Of a stretch of 64,000 nt of DNA, positions 13,741 to 26,519 are shown piece after piece (within the stretch, counting starts at the first letter, position 1; each line of letters begins with the position of its first letter). Source of the stretch: Chiloscyllium plagiosum (lineage: Eukaryota); the NCBI RefSeq assembly GCF_004010195.1, contig NC_057750.1:18304362-18368361 (forward strand), given 5' to 3'. The notes beneath the pieces are model-generated. The model was not told the origin of the DNA. It saw only the letters and a list, made by a program, of their open reading frames with translations, and ran no database searches. The position numbers and the translations under genes were made by a program.

Positions 13741-14145
13741 TATCTTAAAGAAACAAACAACTTACAATTGACTGATGTTCGAACTACAAAGGAAACTGTT
13801 AAGAGCTCAACTCCTTGTTGAATTATCAGTTTTACAGACTTGTGTTAAATAATGGGGAAGGGGAAAGCCCTCTGTTCAGCAGGTGCAAAGGTGAGTGATT
13901 CTGAATGCTTTTCTTTTATCTCTCATTCATTCCTCTACCAAAAATGGGTTTTGGACTTCAATTCTTTCTGAAGTGCAGCAAAGTTAACAGTTGAAAGTGG
14001 GCATACTCATGGCATTCCTGATGCTTATTCCACTTGAACTCATCCGCCACACATTCTCTTGCCCTCTACACCACAAAAGTATTCATCAGCATCTTGGCGA
14101 TTCTTGAAATTTTGGGGTGGGGGACATTTTGTACTCTCTAGCCTG

Positions 14146-14783
14146 TGTCACAAAGCTGGTCCCTTTTTACTAAAAGCTCTTCCTTTTCTCAAGGGTATTG
14201 TGTCCTGGGTTTTTTTCAGAGGGGTTGTAAACAGCTCCCGGTTCTGATTAGACTGGCTTGGTACAGAGATTAAAGGGTATTGATGAGCTTTTTTGCTTAT
14301 ATGTAAACAGATGAGACTTCAAGTCAAAGTGGTCATGTGTTAGAAGTGTCCTGTATAATGAAAGGGGAGTGGTTAGCTCTCTAGCTGAGCAATTCCGTCT
14401 AAAACTAGTTAGGAGTTCAGCTGTGTGGAAACAGGCTGTGAAACTCTCTCTCTCTTTCTGCCCTTCTCACTTCAACCTTAAGCATATGCTCCGTTCTTTT
14501 TTTCCAAGTGAGGGTTTGATTATTGGGACTGTTACGTATAGTCGGAACAACATAATTAAGTCTAGTTTGGATAGACTAAGTTCTGTAGAGTTCCTTTATT
14601 CTGTTCTTTGTGTTTCATTGTGTAATTTTGTGAATACATTTCTGTCTGTTTGAAAACCAAATAGTCAACCTAGCTGACTTACTCCAGGTAATTTTCACTG
14701 TACACTTACTGAAACAAATTGCAAAGATATGGTCTGGGCTGTCTGCTTAAGAATGTTTTGAGTGGTCTGGCCTAGTCCATAAA
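14146..14783 (+). mobile_element. Solo-LTR-like element
   Basis: Starts TGT, ends ...GTCCATAA, with CCTG on both flanks; similar organisation to 55876-56480. Confidence 0.5.
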
Positions 14784-15339
14784 CCTGTCCTTCTACGACC
14801 AGCTCAATGCTCATTCTAGACCAGTCTCCTGCCACCGTTCACAGGGATCTGGGAACCATCCTGTGTGGTCTCTTTGCCTTCATCTGCTCACATTCCAGCA
14901 TGCTGCTTGGGGTCTCATGCTCTGGCCCAAAAAAAGCCCCAAAGAAACCATTCCTGGGCCCCGAGAAAATTCCTGACCTTGCAGTCTATGCAACCTTCAC
15001 TACTGATTGACAGCCCATGAAAATTGTGGGAGTCAAAGTGAGTCAGAAAGACAGTGCAGTCTTCTCACTGCACTTTGTCTAATGGCCCCTCATTTTGGTC
15101 TCCTCCACAAACCTCCAAGCATACAATATCAGTCACTTCTTCATCTTAAAAGATAAGATCATAATATTGAGGATCAGAAATAAGCCATTTATCCCATCAA
15201 ATTTGCTCAGCTATTCAGTGAGATTCTGGCTAATCTGATAATACTTAACTCTATTTTCCTGACTTATTCCCATAATCCTTGGTTCACTTAGTGATTAAAA
15301 ATTGTCCTTCTCAGCCTTGAATGCAGCAATAAAATAGAC

Positions 15340-17390
15340 TCCGAACAACTACTTGAGGGTAAATCTATGGCACAGCAGTGGGTTCAAAAAATGACTGACG
15401 GGAATACAGGCCCACATGTTCCCTTTAGGGTGAAATGTAGGACCAAAAGGCCTGGAGAACCCTGGATATCTAGGAATATGTAGGATTGGATGAAAATGGA
15501 AGAACGACGCATAAAAGGTACATGGGGAGCAAAACATTGGGGGTCATAGAGGAGGACAGGAAGTGCAAGGGAGCTGAAGAAAGCAATTAGGAGAGCAAAG
15601 AGGGGATTTGACAAAATTGCGGGCAGGCAAGACTGGGGAGAATCCCAAGATAGTTTGCAAGTATTTCAAGTTGAAGAGAATAACCAGGGAATGGGTAGAG
15701 CCCATACGGCACCCAGGTGGGCAATCTATGTGTGAAACTAGAGGATATTGGTAGAGTGTTAGATGAGAACTTCACACCTGTCTTTACTTGGGAGAAGGAG
15801 GTGCATGTAAATAATTTGACTGCATGTACTGAGATGCTTTTGAGCAGATTGATGTAAGAAGCAAGGAGGTAAGTGGACCCATCCCCAGGTCCACATGAGT
15901 TATATCCAGGGAGAAGATTATAGGCATTCTGACCAAAGTTTTATAGTATCTCTTGCCACAGGGGAGACATCAGAGGACTGGAAGATAGGTATAGAATTAT
16001 ATAGAATCCCCACAATGTGGAATCAGGCCCTTCAGCCCAACAAGTCCACACTGACCCTCTGAAGAGTAACCAACCAGACCAATTCCCCTACATTTACCCC
16101 TGACTAATACACCTAACCAAAACATCCCTGAACACGATGGGCAATTTAGCATGGCCAACGCACCCTAACCTGCACAACTTTGGATTGTGGGAGGAAACTG
16201 GAGCACCCGGAGGGAACTCATGCAGACACGGCGAGAATGTGCAAACTTCCACACAGACCATCGCCCGAGGCAGGAATCGAGCCTGGGTCGCTGGCACTGT
16301 GAAGCAACAGTGCTAACCACTGGGCCACCGTACCGCCCCAAAATGTGGCTTTACTTTCCAAGAAGGGTGGTAGAGATAGACTAGGGAACTATAGACCAGT
16401 GAGTATAACATCAGTGGTAGGGATTAGTGTTGAGAAACATATCAACCATGATTGAATGGTAGACCAGACTTGATAAGGCAAATGGCCTAATTATGCTTCT
16501 GTATGTCATGGTCTTACCCTGATAAATGTGAGGTGATGCACTTTGGAAGAAGGACCAAGACAATGAAGTACTCAGTGAGTGGTAGGACACTAGGAAACTC
16601 AAAGGTCTTAGTGTGTTTGTCCACAGATTCCTGAAGGTGGCAAGAAGGGTTAAAAGGGTAAGAAGGCATTTGGGATGCTTGCCTTATCAGCAGTGGCATA
16701 AATTATACCAATGGTTTGGGAGGGGGGGGGGGGAGGGCATGCTGGAACTTTGGTTAGGCCACAGCTGGAGTATTATGTGAAGTTCTGGTCACTGCACTCT
16801 AGGAGGGATGTAATTGGATCTTACAAAAAAGAAGTTGCTGGAAGATCTCAGCATGTTGCAGCATCTGTGGAGAGAAATCAGAATTAACGCTTTGGGTTGA
16901 GTGATCTTTCCTTAGAACCCACCAGGATGTTGCCAGGAATAGAGCATTTAGCTATGAAGAGAGGCTGGATAAGCTCAGGTTGCTTTCTTTGGAGCAGACA
17001 AGATTGAGGGGGTTACCTATTAGAGGTGTATAAGATTACAAGGAGCATGGACAGGATGAATTGAAAGCAGCTGGTTCCCTTAGTTGAAGGGTCAATAACA
17101 AGGAGGTATAATTTTAAAGTGAAAGGCAAGAGGTTTAGAAGGGATTTGAGGAAAATCCTTCTCACTCACAGAGTAATGGGGTCTGAAAATATTGCCTGGG
17201 AAAGTAGTTGAGGTGCAAACTTCATAACTTTTAAAGAGTACTTGAATGAGCTCTTGAAGTGTCATAACACTCAAGGCTATGGTCCTAGTGTGGGAAAGTG
17301 GGAGTACTTTAGACAATTGGGTATTTTTTGTGGTGCAGACCTGAATGACCAAAGGGCCTCTTCTGTACCTGTATCATTCTATAATTTTAA
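15340..17390 (+). mobile_element. Fragmented CR1-type LINE with nested V-SINE (16013-16339, minus strand)
   Basis: CR1 ORF2 remnants (GNYRPVS.TSVVG; VRPQLEY; CR1 3' tail) interrupted by a V-domain SINE. Confidence 0.75.
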
Positions 17391-17852
17391 TTAACTTAAT
17401 AGCCCAGTCTCCACAGCCCCCTGCCATAAATAATTCCACAAAGTAATTACAACCTGAGAGAAAAGAAATCCCCTTCATCTCTGTCCTAAGTGGGCACCCT
17501 TTTATTCTGAGATTCTGCCCTCTGTGCTAGGGTCTCCCATAAGTGGAAGCAATCTCTCCACAACCTACCCTGTCAAGCCCACCTAAGAATCTTATGTGTT
17601 TCAATCAGATCATCTTCCATTCTTTTGAACTCCAGCCAACTCAACCTCTGCTTGTAAGACAATCCCTCCATGCCAGGAATCAACTTTGCAAATGGTCTTT
17701 GGACTGCATCCAATGCCAGTGTATCTTTCTTTAGAGAAAGGGATCTTAAAAGATAAGGAAAACTGCCTACAGTTTTTCTGGGTGTGTTCTGACTACTGTT
17801 TTGTTTCATGCTTTGCAAGACCTCTCTGTGTTTATACTCCATTCCCTTTCAA

Positions 17853-18118
17853 GAAAAGTTAGAAGTCACATGATACCAGGTTATAGTCCAACAGGTTTAT
17901 TTGAAATCACAAGCTTTCAGAGCGCTACACATTATTGCATGGACGAGTTGGACCGAAGGGTCTGTTTCTGTGCTGTGCATCTCTATGACACTATGAGTTC
18001 ATCTGATGAAGGAGCAACACTCCGGAAGCTTGTGATTTTAAATAGACTTTTTGGACTATAATCTGGTATCATGTGACTTCTGACTTTGTCCACTGCAGTC
18101 CAACACCAGCACCTCCAC
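17853..18118. mobile_element. Fold-back insertion of PLE family 2 with internal CR1 tail
   Basis: Inverted arms; CTGATGA-AGGAGCAACACTCC-GGAA-GCTT at 18003-18031; CR1 3' tail at ~17935-17996. Confidence 0.75.
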
Positions 18119-19172
18119 ACCTTTGAAATAAAGGCTAATAGCCCTTTCATCTTCCCTGTTATTCGTTGAACATTCCTGTGATTCATGCACAAGGAGCCCA
18201 AGTCCCTAGATGCTGCAGCTTGCTGCAGACTTTTTCTATTCAAGTGATATGCCATTATTCTATTCTTCGTGCTAAAGTGCAAAACCTCACATTTCTTCAT
18301 TTATATTCCATCTGCCAAGTTTATGTTCATTTACCTAACCTGTCTGTATGTCTCTAAAGACCTTAAATCATGCCTTCCCACTATCCCCATCAGGTCACTC
18401 CTCAGCACTTTTGTTTCTAAATGGCCCAGCATGCTCAACCTTTCCTAATAACCTTTTCTGTTTTTACTCTGGATCTCCAGCATTTGCAATACTTTGTGTT
18501 TTCAACACATTGCTTCTTCTCTTCCAGGTATGCCCACCTTATAGAAGGTTTCTTCTCTCTGATGGTACTTATTTTTTATTCTTTCAACTAGTTCACCTTT
18601 ACTGCTTTCTAGTTCACTCATAACATTTGAATTCACATGGATTTGGACTGAAGCTCCATTCTTGGTGTTTCAACTCCATCCAGGACTATAGGTAACGTCA
18701 TGACACACAACGCTGCTCAGACAGAATGTTTCTATTATGTCCTAAAATCCACACTCAATGCAATGTATTGTCATATGTACATTCTCAACCTCTCTGTCCA
18801 TCAGCACCACCTCATTGACCACCAAATTACAATTAGATTACCGACAGTGGGGAAACAGGCTCTTTGGCCAAACAAGTCCACACCACACCTCATAGGGAAC
18901 AGTATGACGAGAAGCTGTCAATATCAGATAATCACCAAGAAAATAACAGGGAACTCAAAAGAGATTGGTTAACATCAAACAGTGATGAGAACGTGGGTCT
19001 CAATACTGCAGGAATTGTTAAAGTGAATAATGCAGAGAGGTTTGAAGAACTTGATCATTCACATTTGGCAAATAAAAGGAGCCTCAGCAAACAGACTTCT
19101 ATACTGAATCAACACATTAAAACTTTACTGTGGATAAAGGGAAATAAGTACAAACTGGGAAGATGCAGGATG

Positions 19173-19208
19173 TCAGCTGATGAAGAGCTTATGCTCGAAA
19201 CGTTGACT
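19173..19208 (+). ncRNA. Minimal hammerhead ribozyme motif with compensatory helix II
   Basis: CTGATGA-A-GAGC TTAT GCTC-GAAAC-GTT. GAGC/GCTC replaces the GGGC/GCCC seen in other copies. Helix I is disrupted. Confidence 0.65.
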
Positions 19209-19682
19209 CTCCTGCTCCTCAGATGCTGCCCGACTGGCTGTGCTTTTCCAGCACCACACTTTTTGACAAAGGCAAATTCAGTAAAATAGATTGTCTCACA
19301 TACAATTCTAGCAACAAGAAGAGAACCCCAGCTTTCAGCTTTAATAGAGAGAGGAAAAGCAGCTTCCAGCTTCATGATTCTCCAATAGCAACTGCTACTG
19401 AAGGCTAAAACTAAACAAAAATCCTGATTCTGTTTGGAGCTTGACCCCACCCATTCAGGCTGCTTCTATTGTTCCAACTTTTTAAAAATCCCCAAAGCCC
19501 CACAAGCTGTTTACTTGAATACCTTTGGAGCAGACTGCAAGCACCTGTCCCAACCTTTCTTCATAAAAAGAAACACGGCCAAATACACGTAAAGCCATTG
19601 TATTGTCACAATGATCATAGTTTATTTTATTAGGAACAGAATTTATTCTTTCAAAGATTCATTCATTTAATAATCAACTTCC

Positions 19683-20943
19683 GAGATCCAAGATGGTGGT
19701 GACCCAGCAAGTCTGAGTCTATAGTGCTCCTCCCAAGACTTGGGCAAAATGGGCCACCCGCCTTCACCACACTCATCAACTCATTTAAAATAGTTTTTAC
19801 TTAATTAGTTGCTCTGTACTAAATTTAAACAGTCTAGTCTCCTGCAAAAATGACTAAGGCGAAAGGTGCACGCAGCTCTCAGCACACAGGAACCCCTCCC
19901 CCGTCCTCCCCCGCTGCAGCAGAGGCATCCGCAGCCACCCCAGGGGACTCACCTACGGTGGCGATTCCTTCATTGAAGAGTCCCAGAGCAGAAGGAACTC
20001 ACTCTCGGCCGCGCTACAAAAGCACAACTGAGACATTGAGGAAATCGAGCACCGAATCAGAGGGGCGGAGCTAAAGGCCGCGACCTCCGAGACTACCGCA
20101 GAATCAGGTCGTCGAAAAAATATTAGTTTGCTGGGCCTTCCCGAACGGAAAGAGTAAAGTCAGCTTACAGCGTTCCTCGAGCAGTGGCTTCCACAGCTGT
20201 TAAATCTGGAGGCTGGATCAGGCCAGGTAAGGGTGGAATGGGCCTACCGGGTTGCAATGTGTGGGCCCAGCTCGAACCAGCGTCCCCGCCCAGTCCTGTT
20301 CCGGCTGCAGAGCTACAAGGAGCCCGTAGCCCAACACTTTAACTCCCCCTCCCACTCCACCAAGGACATGCAGGTCCTTGGACTCCTCCATCGCCAGACC
20401 ATGGCAACACGACGGTTGGAGGAAGAGCGCCTCATCTTCTGCCTGGGAACCCTCCAACCACAAGGGATGAACTCAGATTTCTCCAGTTTCCTCATTTCCC
20501 CTCCCCCCACCTTGTCTCAGTCAAATCCCTCGAACTCAGCACCGCCTTCCTAACCTGCAATCTTCTTCCTGACCTCTCCGCCCCCACCCCACTCCGGCCT
20601 ATCACCCTCACCTTAACCTCCTTCCACCTATTGCATTTCCAAAGCCCCTCCCCCAAGTCCCTCCTCCCTACCTTTTATCTTAGCCTGCTGGACACACTTT
20701 CCTCATTCCTGAAGAAGGGCTTATGCCCGAAACGTCGATTCTCCTGTTCCTTGGATGCTGCCTGACCTGCTGCGCTTTTCCAGCAACACATTTTCAGCTC
20801 TGATCTCCAGCATCTGCAGCCCTCACTTTCTCCTCTATTATTTATTTAAGACTTAATTGTATATCAATGTTTATGCTTGGGTTTTTTTATTTGTAAACTT
20901 GTAAAAACATGTTAAATTTTCAATAAAAATATCTCTAAAAAGA
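19683..20943 (+). mobile_element. Internally deleted L1-like element containing a young Penelope 3' fragment (~20323-20835)
   Basis: L1 ORF1-like motifs RRKNISLLGLPE and VEWAYRV...RPRPVLFRL; then PLE PVAQHFNSPSH...LEEERLIFCLGTLQPQGMN; then AT-rich tail with AATAAA and an A-rich end. Flanks AATCAACTTCC / AATTAACTTCC. Confidence 0.7.
20705..20740 (+). ncRNA. Minimal type I hammerhead ribozyme motif (PLE-associated), intact core
   Basis: CTGAAGA-A-GGGC TTAT GCCC-GAAAC-GTC, with palindromic ACGT helix III. Lies in the 3' region of a Penelope-like fragment. Confidence 0.75.
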
Positions 20944-20994
20944 AATTAACTTCCAAAATGGGCCGGGGGTCAGGCTGGCAAATGTCTTGCAATA

Positions 20995-21227
20995 GGTGGC
21001 ATGGTGGCTCAGTGGTACCAGGGACTTGGGTTCGATTCCAGCCTTGGCCCACTGTCTGTGTGGAATTTGCACATTTTCCTTGTGTCTACGTGGGTTTCCT
21101 TTGGCCACTCTGATTTACTCCCACAACCCAAGGGTAGGGGAATGGTTCTGGGTGGGTTACTCTTTGGAGGGCCGGTGTGGACTTATTGGGCTGAATGGCC
21201 TGCTTCCACACTGTAGGGATTCTATGA
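20995..21227 (+). mobile_element. HE1-like V-SINE (degenerate)
   Basis: tRNA-like head, V-domain and CR1-like tail. Confidence 0.8.
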
Positions 21228-21845
21228 ATAGTTTTGCCAAGAAAATTTTTTTAAAAATCTGTATATAGAACGGAGAGAGCAGAGTACTTTGAGAATAGAG
21301 AATTAAGAATAGCAATTGCATAACAGAGAGAGCAGACAACCCATTTAGCTTTTAAGTAATTATTAGACTGGGGTATTTATCTCTTTTGGAGTCAAGTAAT
21401 AGCCATTAGACTTTATTCATTGCGTACACGTGAAATGACACGGCAGTATTTTAAAATCTTCAACGGAATTTTCTTTTGAATTTAAGTATGAAGGTGGCAT
21501 AAGAATGGGAGGAGCTTAATACCTCTCCCACCCTTTTAGGCATTGAGTTCGAGATTCCCCCACCCTTTAAGAGAAAATCATTTTTCTCAAATTCCCTTGT
21601 AACCTTAAAACCAGTTACTGACCTCCCCCGCCCCCACACCCCAACTAAGGGGTAAGGTCTACTTATCTATTCTGACCACCTTCATAACTTCGTTCACTTC
21701 AATCAGCTCACCCTTAGCCTACTTTGTTGAAAGGAAAACGACGCTAGCCTTATCCAGTAACAAGAATAAGACAAGTGTGAATGTAAACAGACAATGAACT
21801 CAAAGATCACTTTGGTAGGCATTGGGAGAGGTCGGCGGAACACGT

Positions 21846-21906
21846 TTCTGATGAAAATCGAAACTGAATGTAAGTTTCGTTTCTGTGTGAGAGCCAACTC
21901 ACTTCC
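21846..21906 (+). promoter_or_regulatory. Proximal promoter with two opposed ISRE/IRF-like motifs, a TTC-N4-GAA STAT-like site and an ETS core
   Basis: GAAAATCGAAACTGAA (21853-21868), AGTTTCGTTTCT (21873-21884), TTCTGATGAA (21846-21855), ACTTCC (21901-21906). Non-repetitive, CpG-containing stretch just upstream of the ATG. Confidence 0.7.
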
Positions 21907-21987
21907 CGACAGTGTATTTTTGGGAGGGACAGTAGCAGTTGGGGGATTGCACACAAGGCTGGCGCCAGAGATTCGCATTAGGACAGA

Positions 21988-22014
21988 ATGGAGCAGCAGC
22001 CCATCTATAACCCG
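21988..22014 (+). CDS. lgals9: Galectin-9-like tandem-repeat galectin, coding exon 1 (MEQQPIYNP)
   Basis: ATG in context GACAGAATGG. 9 codons ending at CCG|GTATGT donor, phase 0. QP(I/Y)YNP is the typical N-terminus of tandem-repeat galectins and joins in frame to exon 2. Confidence 0.85.
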
Positions 22015-22167
22015 GTATGTAGCTGCAAACTGCCCCAGGGCCCGCAATGCCCATCCAGCACTCGCAAATACCATTTGGCCCAAAGCGCCAGCTCTTCGCC
22101 GCTGATTGTTTCCTCCGAGTAACCGCAATGTTGTATTAAATTCAGCAGTAAGAAGAGAATGAATTCA

Positions 22168-22350
22168 CGGGGGGGGGGGGGGTGAAGGGGAGAGAGTGGG
22201 ATGGCGAGAATGAGGGTGTGAGGGAGAGAAGGGAGAATGAGGGAGAGTGTGAGGAAGAGGTGGAGGGAGAAAGAGAGGGTGAGTGAAGGACAGTGAGTGA
22301 GGGTGTGAGAGAGGGAAAGAAGGGAGGAAGTGAGTGAGGGGATGGGGAAA
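22168..22350 (+). repeat. G-run and GA-rich polypurine tract in intron 1
   Basis: Long G homopolymer followed by GAG/GGGA low-complexity sequence. Confidence 0.8.
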
Positions 22351-22663
22351 TGCTGTTGACCTGGTGATAGCAGAAGTTCCTCAGTTTTGTTCTTAACTTT
22401 GTTAAACATTGGGTCTCATAATTCGAGGACAGGGCGGACCGTTTGTCTGGCAGTGATACATCAATAAGATAAACTGCAGTAACTCAGCCAAGCTCCTTTC
22501 AACCCCACCCTCATAAACTCAGAAGGACAGAGATAGCAGATGGATCACCAACACTACAGGAGAGGTACAGGAAGCAGTGAGGGGGCGGCCTGAGACAAAA
22601 TTCTGCAGCCACAGCACCATGGCGTAAGATAGAGTCTTGAGTACTCTACTTGTTCTATTTCAG

Positions 22664-22752
22664 ATTATCCCTTTCGTTGGGACTATCCTTGGTGGACTAC
22701 AAGATGGAAAGATGATTATCGTTCAAGGGCAGGTGCCAGGACATGCCAAGAG
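22664..22752 (+). CDS. lgals9: Galectin-9-like exon 2 (IIPFVGTILGGLQDGKMIIVQGQVPGHAK-R), N-CRD start
   Basis: Acceptor TTGTTCTATTTCAG, donor AG|GTAAGA, 89 nt, ends phase 2. PFxGTIxGGLQDG resembles the galectin-9 N-CRD. Confidence 0.93.
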
Positions 22753-22760
22753 GTAAGACA

Positions 22761-22999
22761 GGCAGAAATGGGTACTTCAGATTAGATTAGATTAGATTAC
22801 AGTGTGGATTACAGATGTTGGAGATTAGAGTCAAGATTAGAGTGGTGCTGGAAAAGCACAGCAAGGCAGCCCGCATCCGAGGAGCGGGAAAATCGATGTT
22901 TCGGGCAGGATTCCTGATGAAGGGCTTTTGCCTGAAACATCGATTTTCCTGCTCCTTGGATGCTGCCTGACCTGCTGTGCTTTTCCAGCGCCACTCTAA
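22761..22999. mobile_element. Fold-back PLE terminal insertion at the exon 2 donor
   Basis: Inverted arms; TSD CCAAGAGGTAAGACA at 22746-22760 and 23000-23014. Confidence 0.85.
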
Positions 23000-24519
23000 C
23001 CAAGAGGTAAGACAACCAGGTCTCACTGTTTGTCCTGTTCTGTCTTTGTTCCCATCCTCAACTGTCATCACTCCAGCACTGGTAACTGAACCTGCAGCTC
23101 CTAATGCCTTGGAGGAGTCCTCTCCCCAAACCTGTCTTTATTTATGATGCTTTACCACTTCAACCAAGCTTTTGGTTCTAGATCTGTAACATCTACTTTA
23201 AGGTCTTGGGACAGGGGCTCTGACTGAGTAATCATCAATTCTGCAAAGCACTTGGAATGGTTCACCACACCTGATTCCATTCTTTTCCATCTGATCGTAA
23301 GCAGAGAGTCACTTGCAATGGCTTATCTTCCTGCTCCTGCATTGTTGTCCCTGATGTTCCCCAAGACTATCCCTAGTCCACTTCTATTTCTCATCTACAT
23401 GCTACTCCTTTGAGACGTGATCTGAAAGTGCAGAATTTATCTTCAGATGCAACCTGACAACTTAGCTCTGCCATCATCTCTCTGCCAACCATCACCCCCA
23501 ACTATATTTAAATTCACTTAATTTCCCAGAATTGTCCCAAAACAGAAGGAAGCTATTTGGTCCATGGTGGTTGCACCATTTTTCTGACATCCAGTTCTGG
23601 ATGAACAGATATTCTCTCCAAATAAATATAGGGACAAGCAAAAGCCACTACTTTTGGTTTCTGCAGCACTCATATTCCAAGCCACTAAATCTACCCTTCA
23701 ACCTGGCAATGGTCTGAGGTTGAACCAGGTTGAACACACATTAACATTGTTTGATTGAGATAAGCTACTGACCATCATTAAGACCATCAATTTCCCTGTA
23801 ACAACACTTGATTCAATCTCTGCTTCAGCTCATCTGCTGTCGAAACCCTCATTCATGCTTTTGTTATTTCCAGAGTCAACTACTCCAATGCACTCCTGAC
23901 TGGCATCCTGCATTTTGAACTCTGTAAACCTGAGGTCATGTTGTTTCCCATGTCCTAACTCATGTTAAATCCTGTCTATCCATCACTCTATTGTCACTGT
24001 CCTACATTGGGTCCTGTTGAAAACCAATGTCAATTTTAAAAATCTGATCAGGACTATTAAATCTCTTTATTGCCTGACTCTTCTCTATCTCTAACATCTC
24101 TTTGAGTTCCACAAACTTCCAAGATCTCTGCTCTCCTCGAAACCTGGCCTCTTCAGCATTCCCATTTTTAGTCATTGCACCATTGATGGCTGTGCCTTCA
24201 ACTTGCAAGCTCTGAGTCTGTGGAATTGCTTCTTTAAGGCTCACTGTCTCTCCATTTGTGTCTTCCTTGAAGATGCCTCTTAAAACCAACTTCTTTGATC
24301 AATCTTTTGTTCATCTTCATTCCGATCTCCTATAGTGGTTCGTACTGCTGCTGCAAGGCATCAGTGTGATGTTTTATTGCACTTGAGTTGCTCAACAAAT
24401 ACATGTGACTCATGATGAATGACACATGTATTTGTTGATGTGCATTAATCCAACACTAGAGCAATCAATACTTCTTGCAACTCTGAAAGAATCTGAAATT
24501 CACTTTTGCATAAAGCTTA

Positions 24520-25260
24520 CCACCTTCCACAAAATGGCTTCAACATGTCCCTCTTCCTCCTGAACTGAGCACCTCCCGCATCTTCCCCAGCTTGATAGTA
24601 CCCTCAGCGGAGTCACCCCATTTCTTTGACTTCTGCCCTCACCTCCCAGAACAACAATAAGGTTGCCCTTGTCCACAGTTTCCATTCCACCAGCTTTCAC
24701 ATTCAAAACACCATCCTCCACCATTACCACCACCTCAAAAAGATACCACCACCAAATACATCTTCCTCTCTCCTCAGTGTTCCAGAAAGACTATTCCTCT
24801 ATGAAACCCTGAGTCTGCTCTATCACTCCAAATGCTTCCATGACATCTTCTCATGCAATCACAGATGTAACAATTGCCCTTTTACCGCCCATCTTCTCAC
24901 TGTCCAACGTCCCAAATACAGCTTCTAGGTGAATGTCCAGTGTTTCAGTTGTACATCTTTCAATCCAGTCTACTGTATTTACTGCTCACAATGCAGTCTC
25001 CTCTACATTGGTGAAACCAAACACATACTGGCTAGCAGTTTAGTGGAATACTTTTACTCTGCCCATAAGAATGACCCCCAACCTTTCATTTCCTTGCCAT
25101 TTCAGTGCACCATCTTGCTCTCATGCTAACGTTTCTGACCTAGGCCGGCAGCAATGTTCCAGTGAAGTTCTGTGCAAGGTGGAAGAACAGCCCCTCATTT
25201 TTCATTTAGGTACTTTACAGGACTTTAGAACTCAACATTAAGTTCAACAACTTGACAGTA
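24520..25260 (+). mobile_element. Old Penelope-like GIY-YIG fragment
   Basis: Frame FSCTSFNPVYCIYCSQCSLLYIGETKH. Confidence 0.75.
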
Positions 25261-25449
25261 TGAGCAGTGTTTTCCACTTTGATCAGGAGCCTCCCCAACA
25301 TACCTAAGCATCTGCATTATGTCTTGTTTTTATCTTGTCGGCTTTGCTTTCAGCATCGCGGATCCATTTTCTCCTTCTCACTCCTATCATTAACACCTTT
25401 TTACATCTCAATTGCTCTTTTACCATTTCATTTGTCGCTCATGTAGGAC

Positions 25450-26510
25450 CTTACTGAAAGTCTTTTGAAAATCCAAGGCTGCCCCTGACCAATTGGTTAC
25501 ATCCTTGAAAGATTCTAGCGTATTTATGACTTCCTTTTTCTAATTCTATGCTATCTAATCTTGTACTATTTTCCAAGTGCTCTGATTTTAAATCTTTGTT
25601 AATTGACTCCATTATTTTCTCCACAACTGATGTCAGGCAAGCTGGTCTATGATTCATGCTCTCTGTTCACCACCCTTTTTAAATAGTGGGGTTACATTAG
25701 CTACCTTCTAATCCATAGGAACTGTTTCAGAGCCTATAGGCTCTTGAAAGCTTCCACAAATGCGTCCATTATTTCTAGTGGTGGTCCTTTAAGTCTTTAA
25801 ACCCACCACTTCCGCAACACCATTTCCCTAATAAAACATTAGACCCTTTGTTCCCTAATTCTTTGGGATGTTATTTGTGTTCCCCTGTTTGAAAACAGAA
25901 TTAAACTATGTATTTAATTGATCTGCCATCTAGTTGTTCCCCATTTTAACATCATCTATTTTTGATTGGAAAGGCTCTACATTTGTCTTCACTAAACTTT
26001 TTCTCTTCATGTTAGTTGAAGCGCTTACAATCAGTTATGATGTTCCCTGCAAGCTTACTCTTGTACTATTTTCCCTTTCTTAATTAATCCCTTTGACCTT
26101 CTCCTAATCCTCAAATCTCCTGCTTTTTTTGGGAGGAATTTCTACAACCTTCCTTGGAACTAATGATATCCTTCCTTTCCCTTGTTCGCCATGGTTGGGC
26201 CACCTTTCCCGTTATATTTTTGTGCCCATCAGGAAAGAATAACTTCTTTGTGGATGCTGTCTGAACCGCTGTGATCGCCAGCATTGGTTGCTTTCAGGAA
26301 AGAACAATTGCTGCAGTTCCTCCATATGCTGTTTAGATGTTGGCCATTGCCAATTGGTACATACTATCGTTAAAATAGTATGTACCAATTTAGCATAACC
26401 AGCTCATGCCTCATATTTTTGTAGTTGCTTTATTTAGATTAAGGACCCTAGTCTCAGAATTAACTATGCCACTCTCTATCTTAACGAAGAATTCTATCTA
26501 TGTCTCCGTC
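25450..26510 (-). mobile_element. CR1-type LINE internal fragment
   Basis: Minus frame NHRPACLTSVVEKIMESI. Confidence 0.7.
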
Positions 26511-26519
26511 CTCCAAAGA

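Noticed and set aside
13838..13890. Exon-like segment with TTTTACAG acceptor and AAG|GTGAGT donor
   Set aside because: No homology and no evidence linking it to the galectin; it could only be a non-coding exon.
21848..21866. CTGATGA...GAAAC in the promoter resembling a hammerhead core
   Set aside because: No helix II can form (AAATC) and there is no PLE flanking sequence; better explained by overlapping STAT/IRF-like motifs.
21703..22128. 141-aa minus and 103-aa plus ORFs over the promoter
   Set aside because: No recognisable domain; they overlap the promoter and exon 1 and are likely chance ORFs.
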